Assembly (NCBI GenBank): GCA_964477035.1
Contig: CAYZCW010000003.1
Span: forward strand, 189,231-253,230
DNA length: 64,000 bases
Reading direction: 5' to 3'
Origin: an uncultured Bacteroidales bacterium
GTDB taxonomy: Bacteria; Bacteroidota; Bacteroidia; Bacteroidales; UBA7960
Of the stretch, positions 19,224-29,871 are shown piece after piece. The position numbers were made by a program, and so were the translations under genes. Positions within the stretch are counted from its first letter, which is position 1, and the number at the start of each line of letters is the position of its first letter. A model generated the notes under the pieces. It worked only from the letters and a program-made list of their open reading frames with translations, ran no database searches and was not told where the DNA came from.

Positions 19224-21082
19224 TCGTATTGGCCTGGTTCCTGGTTGGATTCCTGCTGCTGCGAATGATGGTGGCAGGGGTCAACCTGCTGTCCCCCACC
19301 CGCCTGCCGAAGGGCGATCCGGGCGACACCCCCCTCGTGTCGGTGCTGATTCCGGCCCGGAATGAACAAGACAGCATCGGCTCCCTGCTTGAAAGCCTGG
19401 CCTCTCATGATTATGAAAACCTGGAGGTTATTGTTTACGACGACCTCTCGGATGACAAAACCGCGGAGGTGGTGGCACAGCATGCCCGTCAGGACCCCCG
19501 CATCCGGCTGATCCGGGGCACGGGGCTGCCCCCGGGCTGGTTGGGAAAAAACCACGCCTGCCACCACCTGGCCATGGAAGCGCAGGGATCCTGGCTGCTG
19601 TTCCTTGATGCCGATGTCACAGCACAACAGGGGCTCATCCGGAATTTGCTTGCCCGTGCCGGCCGTTTCGGCCTTGGGCTGCTCTCCGTCTTCCCTGGTC
19701 AGCGCATGGAAACCCTGGGCGAAAAAGCCGTGGTTCCCCTGATGAACTGGATTTTGGTCAGCATGCTGCCGCTCCCGCTCACCCGCCTGTCCGCCCGCCC
19801 CTCCCTGTCGGCCGCAAACGGGCAGTGCATGCTTTTCCACTCCGGCACCTACCGGCAACATCGTTTTCACGAGCGGGTAAAGGACCAGAAGGTGGAAGAC
19901 ATCCGGATCTTCCGCATGGCAAAAAGGCTGGGCGTTCCTGCGGAAACCCTGCTGGACAACGGGCAAGTCAGTTGCCGCATGTACCGCAGTTTCAGAGAGG
20001 CCATCCAGGGGTTTTCCAAAAATGTATTCGAATTCTTCGGAGGCAGTGCCTGGCTGGCCTGGGGTTTCACCCTGGCGACCGTTCTGGGATTCGTGCCCGT
20101 CTGGCTCGCCATGGGGGCATGGCAGGCCGCTGCCTTCGTGGGCGGCGGGGTGCTGATTCGCCTGCTGTCGGCATGGGCCAGCCGTCAAGCGGCAGGCGGC
20201 GCCCTCCTGCTCGGTCCCCTGCAACAATTTTCCCTGCTGATGGTGGTCAGCGCAGGACTTCTTCAGAGGGTCCGTAAAAGCACGACCTGGAAAGGCAGGC
20301 GGGTCGACCTTCCGAGAAAGGTCGTTAAATCCGCTGTGGTCCTGTTTTTCCTCCTCGTCGGATGGGCAGGCAGCCTCCCCGCCGGGCAACAGGCAAGCCC
20401 GTCCCTGAAAACTTACCAGGACGCCATTTACGAAGCCTATGTGCTGAATCGTATGCCCCAGTGGGTCAGTACGCTGCAGGACATGGAAGCGGCTTACCGG
20501 CGGCAGCCAGGCACGGCCCTGCTTTACGACATCCTGCTGGCCCAGTACGGACTGATCGGGTATTACCTGGGAACGGAAGACAATGCAAGCGGAGGCTCCC
20601 TGCTGGACAAGGCAGAAAAAAACCTGGCAACCCTGGCCCGTGAGCCGGGCTACAAGGCAGCGACACGGGCGTTCGAGGGGGCTTTTCTGGCTTTCCGGAT
20701 CTCCCTTCGTCCCATCCGGGCGGTGCAGCTGGGGCCACGCAGTTACCGCCGCATCGATGAAGCCATCGAGGCGGACCCGGATTATGCCCGGGCCTGGATC
20801 GAAAAGGGCAACGCCGCCTTTTTCACCCCGCCCGTTTTCGGAGGTTCCAAAACCGAAGCGATCGACCATTATACCAAGGCCCTACAACTGCTCGAAGCCC
20901 GCATGCCCAACAACCACCGCTGGCTCTACCTCAGCACCCTGGTGTCCCTTGCCAACGCCTACGAAAAGACGGGAGACCTGCCCCGGGCCATCCGCACCCT
21001 GGAAAAGGCCCTGGCCTTTGAGCCCCGCTTTACCTGGGTAAGGGATGAGATGCTGCCCCGCCTGCGAACCATTCAGCAATAA
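19220..21082 (+). CDS. GT2 carotenoid glycosyltransferase (CruC/CrtQ-like) fused to a C-terminal TPR-like domain
   Basis: VSVLIPARNE, YDDLSDD, GWLGKNHAC, LDAD, ANGQC and EDI motifs ending at WKGR. A hydrophobic helix and helical TPR-like repeats follow in the same frame. Confidence 0.82.
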   Translation: MIVLAWFLVGFLLLRMMVAGVNLLSPTRLPKGDPGDTPLVSVLIPARNEQDSIGSLLESLASHDYENLEVIVYDDLSDDKTAEVVAQHARQDPRIRLIRGTGLPPGWLGKNHACHHLAMEAQGSWLLFLDADVTAQQGLIRNLLARAGRFGLGLLSVFPGQRMETLGEKAVVPLMNWILVSMLPLPLTRLSARPSLSAANGQCMLFHSGTYRQHRFHERVKDQKVEDIRIFRMAKRLGVPAETLLDNGQVSCRMYRSFREAIQGFSKNVFEFFGGSAWLAWGFTLATVLGFVPVWLAMGAWQAAAFVGGGVLIRLLSAWASRQAAGGALLLGPLQQFSLLMVVSAGLLQRVRKSTTWKGRRVDLPRKVVKSAVVLFFLLVGWAGSLPAGQQASPSLKTYQDAIYEAYVLNRMPQWVSTLQDMEAAYRRQPGTALLYDILLAQYGLIGYYLGTEDNASGGSLLDKAEKNLATLAREPGYKAATRAFEGAFLAFRISLRPIRAVQLGPRSYRRIDEAIEADPDYARAWIEKGNAAFFTPPVFGGSKTEAIDHYTKALQLLEARMPNNHRWLYLSTLVSLANAYEKTGDLPRAIRTLEKALAFEPRFTWVRDEMLPRLRTIQQ

Positions 21083-21206
21083 CGTCAGGGAAAACCCACA
21101 TGAGCAAGGCACTCCGCCATGGGCGACAGGCCCATCCGACGGATATTGGTTTTTTTTGTATATTTAAAAAGGAAAGGCAAACAAACCCGGTACAAACCAC
21201 CCTGCC

Positions 21207-22091
21207 ATGAAAAAAGCCATACTTGCCACAGACCTCTCCAAGGCATCCGACCTTTTGATGGAATGCCAGCACCAGTTCAGGGCCCTCGGCATCGAGGAGA
21301 TCATCCTGTTTCACGTGCCCACGATAAGCTTCAACTACATGGAATACAGCGGGTACTCCATGAGGGTGCACATAGAGTCACGCATGATCGCCATGAGCAA
21401 CAAGCTCCGCGAGGCCGGGTTCAGGTCGGACTTCGTATTCAGGGAGGGACTGCCTTCCCAGGAAATCGTGGACTTCGCCGGAGAGCATCCCGGTGCCCTG
21501 GTGATTCTGGGCAGCAAGGGTCAGGGTTTTTTCAAGCGCAACCTGATCGGCAGCACCACCCTGCGCGTGATCCAGCAGAGCGTCAACCCCGTCCTGATGA
21601 TCCGGATCAAAAGCCTGGGGGAAAATGAGCACGGGGAAGTGGTCTGCGGACTGGAGAACCGTGAAATAGCCAGGCACGGGCTGCTGCTCACCGACTTTTC
21701 TGCCAACGCCTCACAAGCCATGGAGTATGCCGGGGAGCACCTGGCAGCCAGGCTGCAGCAGATCACCCTGATGCATGTACAGGACCGGGTGGTGATGAAG
21801 CACCACGATCCGAAAACCATCGAACGTTTCAACGAGATCGACTCCGCCCGCATGCAGGAGCTGACCGTGCACCTGCGGCGCCAGACCCAGGCCCCGGTCC
21901 GTTGCGTGCTCGTGGGCGGGGCCGTGGTTCCGGAGATCATGCGGGAGGTGAAACAGCACGACATCAGCCTGATTGTGAGCGGCACCCATGGGAAAGGGTA
22001 TTTTTCCGATATGGTGCTGGGCAGCACGGTGTTCGCCATCATCCAGCTCGTGGAGTCCAACTGCCTGATCGTTCCCGGCCGGGGAGAATAA
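21207..22091 (+). CDS. Universal stress protein with two UspA domains
   Basis: ILATDLS...VILGSKGQG...GSTT and LLTDFS...IVSGTHGKG...GSTV. Confidence 0.88.
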   Translation: MKKAILATDLSKASDLLMECQHQFRALGIEEIILFHVPTISFNYMEYSGYSMRVHIESRMIAMSNKLREAGFRSDFVFREGLPSQEIVDFAGEHPGALVILGSKGQGFFKRNLIGSTTLRVIQQSVNPVLMIRIKSLGENEHGEVVCGLENREIARHGLLLTDFSANASQAMEYAGEHLAARLQQITLMHVQDRVVMKHHDPKTIERFNEIDSARMQELTVHLRRQTQAPVRCVLVGGAVVPEIMREVKQHDISLIVSGTHGKGYFSDMVLGSTVFAIIQLVESNCLIVPGRGE

Positions 22092-22188
22092 GGCCGGGGG
22101 GGCGGCATGTTTTAGATTATTTAACCAAACCCTTCCGGGAATTTCCGGCAGAATCCCCTAAGTTTGGAGAAGGACAATCCCACATCCC

Positions 22189-22965
22189 TTGAGACGATTT
22201 GGCTTCACCGGTATCCTCCTGTTCAGCAGCGCATTGCTTTTTGGGCAGCCGCCCTTGAAAACGAATGGCCAGCCCCGGCCCATCCTGCACGGGGTGGTCA
22301 TCGGCCAGTCCGACTCCCTGCCCATCCCCCATGCCCATATCATTAACCTGAGCCGGGCCAGGGGTACGGCAGCCGACGAACAGGGCCGGTTTGCCCTCCC
22401 CGTTTCGCCAGGAGACCATCTGCGGTTTCAGTCGGTGGGCTTCGATTCACTTTCCCTGGCAGTGACAAAGGACCTGTTGTCGGATAGCGACAGCCTCGTG
22501 GTGATCCTCCCGGAGAAGATCACCGAACTGCCTGGGGTGACGGTCTGGCCATACGCCACCTTTGCCGAGTTCAGGCATGCCTTCCTGAATTTCAAAGACC
22601 CGGAACCGGAACTTTCCCTGCATTTGCCCGAGCTGAGCTACCAGGTATCCCCGGAAGACCGCCCCCCCGGACTGGGGGTGGTCATCCCGGGCCCCATCAC
22701 CTTCCTGTATGAACAATTCAGCCGGCGGGGCCGGTCGGAAAGAAACTACCAGCGCGTGCTGGCAGAGGAGGCGTTTGCCCGCCGTGCGGCCCGTGTGGTG
22801 AACCCCGACGTGGTGCGGGAACTCACCGGCTTGCAGGACGAGGAGGAAATCCATGCCTTTCTGTTGTTCTGCGGGATGAGCCATGAGTACATTGCCAACG
22901 CCAGGGAATCCGAAGTCTACCAGCAAATCCTGCATTGCTACCGGCAATATTCGGCAGGAAATTAA
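22189..22965 (+). CDS. Exported CarboxypepD_reg-like domain protein
   Basis: Signal peptide, GTAADEQGRF, FQSVGF, ELPGVTV and GPITFLYEQFS; TTG start. Confidence 0.7.
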   Translation: MRRFGFTGILLFSSALLFGQPPLKTNGQPRPILHGVVIGQSDSLPIPHAHIINLSRARGTAADEQGRFALPVSPGDHLRFQSVGFDSLSLAVTKDLLSDSDSLVVILPEKITELPGVTVWPYATFAEFRHAFLNFKDPEPELSLHLPELSYQVSPEDRPPGLGVVIPGPITFLYEQFSRRGRSERNYQRVLAEEAFARRAARVVNPDVVRELTGLQDEEEIHAFLLFCGMSHEYIANARESEVYQQILHCYRQYSAGN

Positions 22966-22988
22966 GCCATCCGGAATTTATTTTTAAA

Positions 22989-23101
22989 AACAACTATTTT
23001 TTTAGTTGTTTAACTATTTATTTAGTTTATATTTGCAATCGGGATTTGCATCAGGCGTTCTCCTTAAAAAATAAATTTATCCGACAACTAAGATTTTAGA
23101 T
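22989..23101. promoter_or_regulatory. Three AACTA-N6-TAG(T/A)T palindromes overlapping a Bacteroidetes promoter
   Basis: AACAACTA-N6-TAGTTGTT (22989-23010), AACTA-N6-TAGTT (23012-23027) and AACTA-N6-TAGAT (23086-23101); the -7 element TATATTTG is at 23028-23035. Confidence 0.7.
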
Positions 23102-23148
23102 GGTTCTGGCAGGGTTTATGATGGGCTTGTAAGAAAAAACCAACCACT

Positions 23149-24453
23149 ATGGAAGCATTTGCCCTTTATGTGTTTCGCGCATCCGTCTACCTGCTGGTAT
23201 TTGCCCTGGGGTACCACCTGCTCTTCCGCAGGGATGACCGGCATGGCTTCGGACGCTTTTTCATCCTGGGCTCCTTTGCCTTGTCCCTGCTCCTGGCCGG
23301 CCTTCCCTGGCTGCCGTTTGTCCGTTCCCTGTCGCAGGCGGCCGCCACACAGGCCATCACCCTGCCCGAGTTTGTCATTCAGGCCTCGGAAGAAACCAAC
23401 AGCCTGTCCCACGACCTGGCGGAACGCCTGGCCGGCATGAGCCAGCTGACATTTCTTCTCAGCCTGACCAGCCTGCTGTTCCTGATGGGCACTTTCGCGG
23501 GACTCGCCCGCATCGGCTGGCTGATCCACCGCCACCCGGCCATGCCGAGGGACGGCATGCGGGTGGTGTTGTTCAACGACCCCGCCAGCACTTTTTCATT
23601 TTTCAGGTACGTTTTCGTTCCCCGGCAAATATTACACCATGACCATTTCCCGCGCATCCTGGCCCACGAAAAGGCCCATTGGGAACTCCGGCATTCGTAT
23701 GACATCCTCTTTCTGGAGGCCTTGCGCATGGTGTTCTGGTTCCATCCAGCCTATTATTACCTGAAACGGGAGCTGAAGGCCCGGCACGAATACCAGGCAG
23801 ACCGTATTGCCTGCCAAAGCATCCCGGCAGCCGATTACCAGCAGGCACTGCTGGAGTACAGCCTGGGCGGCATGCTGGTTCCGCTCACAAACCCCTTCAA
23901 TGTATCACCCATAAAAAAGCGAATCATGATGATGAACCAAAAAACCCATTTGAGAAGCAGCCGCATCCTGCTGAAAACATTGCTCTTTTTGCCATTCCTG
24001 CTCGCCGCGGTGGCCTTCCAATCCTGCCAGGAACAACCGTCGGCTGAAAGCGTCCTGCCGGAAGCCGCTCCCGAAGCGGAAGCAGCCCCCGTGAAAGTCA
24101 GCGGGGATGTGTTTATGGTCGTGGAAACCCCTCCGGCTTTCCCGGGCGGGGAAGAGGCCCGCATCCGTTACCTGCAGGAAACCCTCCGCTACCCGAAAGA
24201 AGCACGGGACGCGGGTGAACAGGGCACGGTTTTTGTTACTTTCGTGATCACGAATGACGGCCGGATCGCCGATGCCAGGGTACTTCGCGGGGTCAGTCCC
24301 GCCCTGGACGAGGAAGCCCTCCGGGTCGTCCGGATGATGCCCGCCTGGGAACCAGGCCAGCAGAGGGGCGAAAAGGTGAACGTGCAGTTCAATATGCCCA
24401 TCCGGTTTGTACTCCGCGACGACCCCAAGCAGACCGTCATCGTAGTGGAATAG
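23149..24453 (+). CDS. BlaR1/MecR1-like M56 peptidase fused to a TonB C-terminal domain
   Basis: N-terminal TM helices, HEKAH zinc motif, FWFHP, HEYQAD and a TonB-C domain (YPKEA, QGTVFVTFVI, LDEEALRVV, WEPG). Confidence 0.9.
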   Translation: MEAFALYVFRASVYLLVFALGYHLLFRRDDRHGFGRFFILGSFALSLLLAGLPWLPFVRSLSQAAATQAITLPEFVIQASEETNSLSHDLAERLAGMSQLTFLLSLTSLLFLMGTFAGLARIGWLIHRHPAMPRDGMRVVLFNDPASTFSFFRYVFVPRQILHHDHFPRILAHEKAHWELRHSYDILFLEALRMVFWFHPAYYYLKRELKARHEYQADRIACQSIPAADYQQALLEYSLGGMLVPLTNPFNVSPIKKRIMMMNQKTHLRSSRILLKTLLFLPFLLAAVAFQSCQEQPSAESVLPEAAPEAEAAPVKVSGDVFMVVETPPAFPGGEEARIRYLQETLRYPKEARDAGEQGTVFVTFVITNDGRIADARVLRGVSPALDEEALRVVRMMPAWEPGQQRGEKVNVQFNMPIRFVLRDDPKQTVIVVE

Positions 24454-24480
24454 GTTATACACACGCAAAGTACCCAAAGA

Positions 24481-24527
24481 AAGACCGCCCCCGATCCGGA
24501 CCCCCGGACCAGGGGCGGTCCTTTTTT
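24481..24527 (+). terminator. Intrinsic terminator after M56-TonB
   Basis: gaccgcccc ... ggggcggtc stem followed by a T tract. Confidence 0.65.
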
Positions 24528-24559
24528 ATGGGTCCCCTGCACTTTTACCCGATTCTTCC

Positions 24560-24567
24560 TACCTTTG
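24560..24567 (+). promoter_or_regulatory. -7 promoter element for aspS
   Basis: TACCTTTG, about 20 nt before the ATG. Confidence 0.6.
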
Positions 24568-24588
24568 CCCTCTGAAATACAGACCGAC

Positions 24589-26349
<1,761 letters not shown>

Positions 26350-26379
26350 CATCCTTCACCCAACCAATGATTCCGCAAG

Positions 26380-28326
26380 GTGATCTCCCTGAATAACCTG
26401 TCTGTCCAGTTCTCCGGAACCTACCTGTTCGAGAACGTGTCCTTCATCATCAACAAGAGGGACCGCATCGGACTGGTGGGCAAGAACGGGGCGGGCAAGA
26501 CCACCCTGATGCGCATCATCACCGGCCAGCTCCAGCCCGAAGGCGGGAGCGTGTCTTTGCCCTCTGGCGCCAGCATCGGCTACCTACCCCAGGAGATGCA
26601 GCTGCGAAGCAGGAAGCCCGTTCTGGAAGAGGCCCTGGAGGCCTTCACCGAGCTCCGCGGCCTGGAGAAAAAGATCCGGAAGCTGTCGGACGAGCTGGCC
26701 GCACGCACCGACTACCACAGCGAGGGGTACCACGAACTGGCCGCCAGGCTGGCCGAGGCCGCCGAGCGGCACGACCTGCTGGGAGGGGGGAGCGGGGAGG
26801 CCAGGGCGGAACGGGTGCTCGTGGGACTGGGTTTCATGCGACAGGACCTGCAGCGGCCGCTGTCGGAATTCAGCGGGGGCTGGCAGATGCGGGTGGAGCT
26901 GGCCAAGATCCTGCTGAAGCGCCCCGACCTGATCCTGCTGGATGAGCCCACCAACCACCTCGACATCGAATCCATCCAATGGCTGGAAGGCTTCCTGCAG
27001 GAATATCCCGGGGCGGTCATGCTGGTGTCGCACGACCGGGCCTTCCTGGACAACATCACCGAACGCACCATCGAGGTGTCGATGGGCAAGGTGTACGACT
27101 ACAAGGTGTGCTATTCGGATTATGAGATGCTGCGTGAGGAACGTCTCCAGCAGGAAATGGCGGCTTACAGCAACCAGCAGCGGCAGATCGCCCAGGTGGA
27201 ACGATTCATCACCCGCTTCCGGGCAAAGAACACCAAGGCCCGGCAGGTGCAATCCAAGATCCGGATGCTCGAAAAAATGGAGAAGGTGGAGGTGGAAGCC
27301 ATCGACACCTCAGCCATTCATTTCCGTTTTCCGGATCCCCCTCCCTGCGGCAAGGTCGCCCTGGAAGCGCAAGACATCCGCAAGAGCTATGGCAGCCATC
27401 TGGTGCTCGACGGACTGCATTTCATGGTCGCGCGGGGGGAGCGCATCGCCTTCGTGGGCCGGAACGGGGAGGGAAAAACCACCCTCTCCCGCATCATCAT
27501 CGGAGACCTGGAGCACCAGGGGAGCCTGAGGCTGGGGCATAATGTCCGCATCGGCTATTATGCCCAGAACCAATCAGAATACCTGGATCCGGAAAAGACG
27601 GTGTTCGAGACCATGGATGATGCCGCCCGGGGGGATGCGCGCAGGCAGGTACGCAACATCCTGGGAGGCTTTCTGTTCGGGGGAGAAGATATCGACAAGA
27701 AGGTGAAGGTTCTCTCGGGGGGCGAGAAGGCCCGGCTGGCCATTGCCCGACTCCTTCTGGAGCCGGTCAACCTGCTGGTGCTGGACGAACCCACCAACCA
27801 CCTGGACATGCGTTCCAAGGACATCCTGAAAAGCGCCCTCCTGCAATTCGGGGGCACCATCATCCTGGTGTCGCACGACAGGGACTTTTTGCAGGGGCTG
27901 ACCGGCAAGGTGTTTGAGTTCCGCGACAAGAAGGTCCGCGAGTTTATCGGCGATGTGTACGACTTCATTGAGACGCGGCAGATCGACACCCTCAGCCAGC
28001 TCGAATCCAGGGCCCGGCAAAATGACAGCAGCCCGTCAGCTCAGGAGGCCGGCAACAAGAGAGACTGGGAAGAGAAAAAGCAACAGGAAAGCCGGCTGCG
28101 CAAGCTGCAGAAAAAAGTGGCGGAGGCCGAGAAGGCGATCGAGGCCCTGGAGAAAAAAATCGCCTCCCTGGAAGAGGCACTGGCCGACCCCGGCCTGGAT
28201 CCGGAGCGGCTGCAAAGCGGAGAGCTGTTCTCCTCTTACGAAAAGGCCAGAAAGAAACTGCAGGAGCAGGAGCGGCTGTGGGAAGAGGCCGGTCAGGAGC
28301 TGGAATCCTTTACAAACAGGAAGTAG
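26380..28326 (+). CDS. ABC-F family ATP-binding protein
   Basis: Two ABC domains (GKNGAGKT, SGGWQMR, LDEPTNHLD; GRNGEGKT, SGGEKAR), no TM segments and a C-terminal coiled coil; GTG start. Confidence 0.93.
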   Translation: MISLNNLSVQFSGTYLFENVSFIINKRDRIGLVGKNGAGKTTLMRIITGQLQPEGGSVSLPSGASIGYLPQEMQLRSRKPVLEEALEAFTELRGLEKKIRKLSDELAARTDYHSEGYHELAARLAEAAERHDLLGGGSGEARAERVLVGLGFMRQDLQRPLSEFSGGWQMRVELAKILLKRPDLILLDEPTNHLDIESIQWLEGFLQEYPGAVMLVSHDRAFLDNITERTIEVSMGKVYDYKVCYSDYEMLREERLQQEMAAYSNQQRQIAQVERFITRFRAKNTKARQVQSKIRMLEKMEKVEVEAIDTSAIHFRFPDPPPCGKVALEAQDIRKSYGSHLVLDGLHFMVARGERIAFVGRNGEGKTTLSRIIIGDLEHQGSLRLGHNVRIGYYAQNQSEYLDPEKTVFETMDDAARGDARRQVRNILGGFLFGGEDIDKKVKVLSGGEKARLAIARLLLEPVNLLVLDEPTNHLDMRSKDILKSALLQFGGTIILVSHDRDFLQGLTGKVFEFRDKKVREFIGDVYDFIETRQIDTLSQLESRARQNDSSPSAQEAGNKRDWEEKKQQESRLRKLQKKVAEAEKAIEALEKKIASLEEALADPGLDPERLQSGELFSSYEKARKKLQEQERLWEEAGQELESFTNRK

Positions 28327-29870
28327 TTATAAAAGAACAAAAAGAAGGTGATCCCTGCCTGGGTCTCCAGGGTATCGTCCAGCAGCATGGAGGCGAGTAC
28401 GATGACCAGGAAGGCCACAAAAGGCGCATGGGCAAATCCCCCGAGCCGCCAGGCCGGGTAGAGCACCGCCCAAAGAAACCAAAGCAGTCCGACGGCCCCG
28501 AACAGCACCATCATGCTCAGGTACTGGTTGTGGGGCTTCATTTGGGGCTGGAACACCAGCCGGCTCTGTATCTGCTCAAAACCATACGCCATGGCCAGGA
28601 GGTAGTCGCCCGTGCCCCAGCCTGTCAGCGGATGCCTTTGAATGGCCTCCCGGGCCGCCTTCCAGTACTCCAGACGCTGCGAGAGGGTGTGCCCTTCCGG
28701 ATTCCCTTCCCGCCGGTACTCCCTTAATTCCCAAAATGTCTGGTGTACCCGGATCAAAAGGCCGGGCCAGCGGAGGTAGTTGTGGTTGGCAATCCCCTGT
28801 TCCACCGCCCGGATCTCTTCCTCATCCAGTTGTGCCAGGCCGGCAGCGTCCTTGCGCAGGCCGCGGGAAGTCATGAAACGGTAGAGGGTATAGCGCAACT
28901 CCTGCCCCCTTTCGTCCGGACCGTAATAATCCAGCTCGCTGCGTTGACCCCAGGCGTTTTCAAGTTCCTCATCGGCAATGTAGACATACACCAGGTGGCC
29001 GTTTTCCCGCAAGCCGATGTGCGGTTCATGCCGGTATGGGTTGCCCAGGGAGGTATGGGTCTCCGGGCTGTCCAAGGGTTCATCGTGGACCCGGTGCACT
29101 GCCAGCCATCCCCAGGCGAGCAGGGAGGCGGTGCCCGCAACCAGAAGGCTCAGCAGGACCAGGGACACGAGGCGTAGGCGGGGGCTGCCCGCCCACAGGG
29201 CCCTTGCCCCCAGCACAAACACGGCGGCCAGCAAGGCCAGAATCCCGGACAGCGATTGCAGCAGCAGCAGGTAGCCCAGATGCCAGGCAGCCGTGATCAG
29301 GCAGGCGTTCTTCCAGAACCGGGGCGACAGGCCCAGCGGCCGGCCCTCAAAAGACACCCTTAACCCGGTCCAGGCCAGGGCCAGCACCGAAAAGGCGGCC
29401 ATCAGGCCAACCCGTATATGCGACACGAAAGGGGAAAGCTCCCGAAAATCCTGCACGCCCCCGGCCGCCAGCAGGCCCAGGCTGATGAACGAGAGCACCG
29501 TGAGCGAGGCCGAGAAAACCAGCAGCAGCCATTTTTTGCTGCCCCGCGGCAAGGGCGGGGAGGCCGTGATGAAAAAGACCAGGGTGAGCAGGGGCAGCTT
29601 GTTGAGCCACATGCCGAAGGCAAAGGACTTGTCCGACGACCAAAAAAAACCCAGGAGGTACAACAGGTAGAGGCTGGAAAATGCCCATGCGGCCCGGTTG
29701 GAGGCAAAGGCTGCAAGGCCGCGGCGGTAACCGCCCCGCAGCAGCCAGTTGGCGGCGACCACCAGCTGGCCCACACTCATGAAATAGACGGACACCGGCA
29801 GGGAGGCGGCCATCAGGGCCAGTCCGCCGGCATGGATCAGGTCGTGCGTCCGTTCCCTGCTGCCCGGCAT
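28293..29870 (-). CDS. O-antigen ligase (Wzy_C) family membrane protein
   Basis: Multi-TM, SHIR, GWGTGD and PHNQYL; start 1 nt after the S41 stop. Confidence 0.8.
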   Translation of the reverse strand: MPGSRERTHDLIHAGGLALMAASLPVSVYFMSVGQLVVAANWLLRGGYRRGLAAFASNRAAWAFSSLYLLYLLGFFWSSDKSFAFGMWLNKLPLLTLVFFITASPPLPRGSKKWLLLVFSASLTVLSFISLGLLAAGGVQDFRELSPFVSHIRVGLMAAFSVLALAWTGLRVSFEGRPLGLSPRFWKNACLITAAWHLGYLLLLQSLSGILALLAAVFVLGARALWAGSPRLRLVSLVLLSLLVAGTASLLAWGWLAVHRVHDEPLDSPETHTSLGNPYRHEPHIGLRENGHLVYVYIADEELENAWGQRSELDYYGPDERGQELRYTLYRFMTSRGLRKDAAGLAQLDEEEIRAVEQGIANHNYLRWPGLLIRVHQTFWELREYRREGNPEGHTLSQRLEYWKAAREAIQRHPLTGWGTGDYLLAMAYGFEQIQSRLVFQPQMKPHNQYLSMMVLFGAVGLLWFLWAVLYPAWRLGGFAHAPFVAFLVIVLASMLLDDTLETQAGITFFLFFYNYFLFVKDSSS

Positions 29871-29871
29871 C

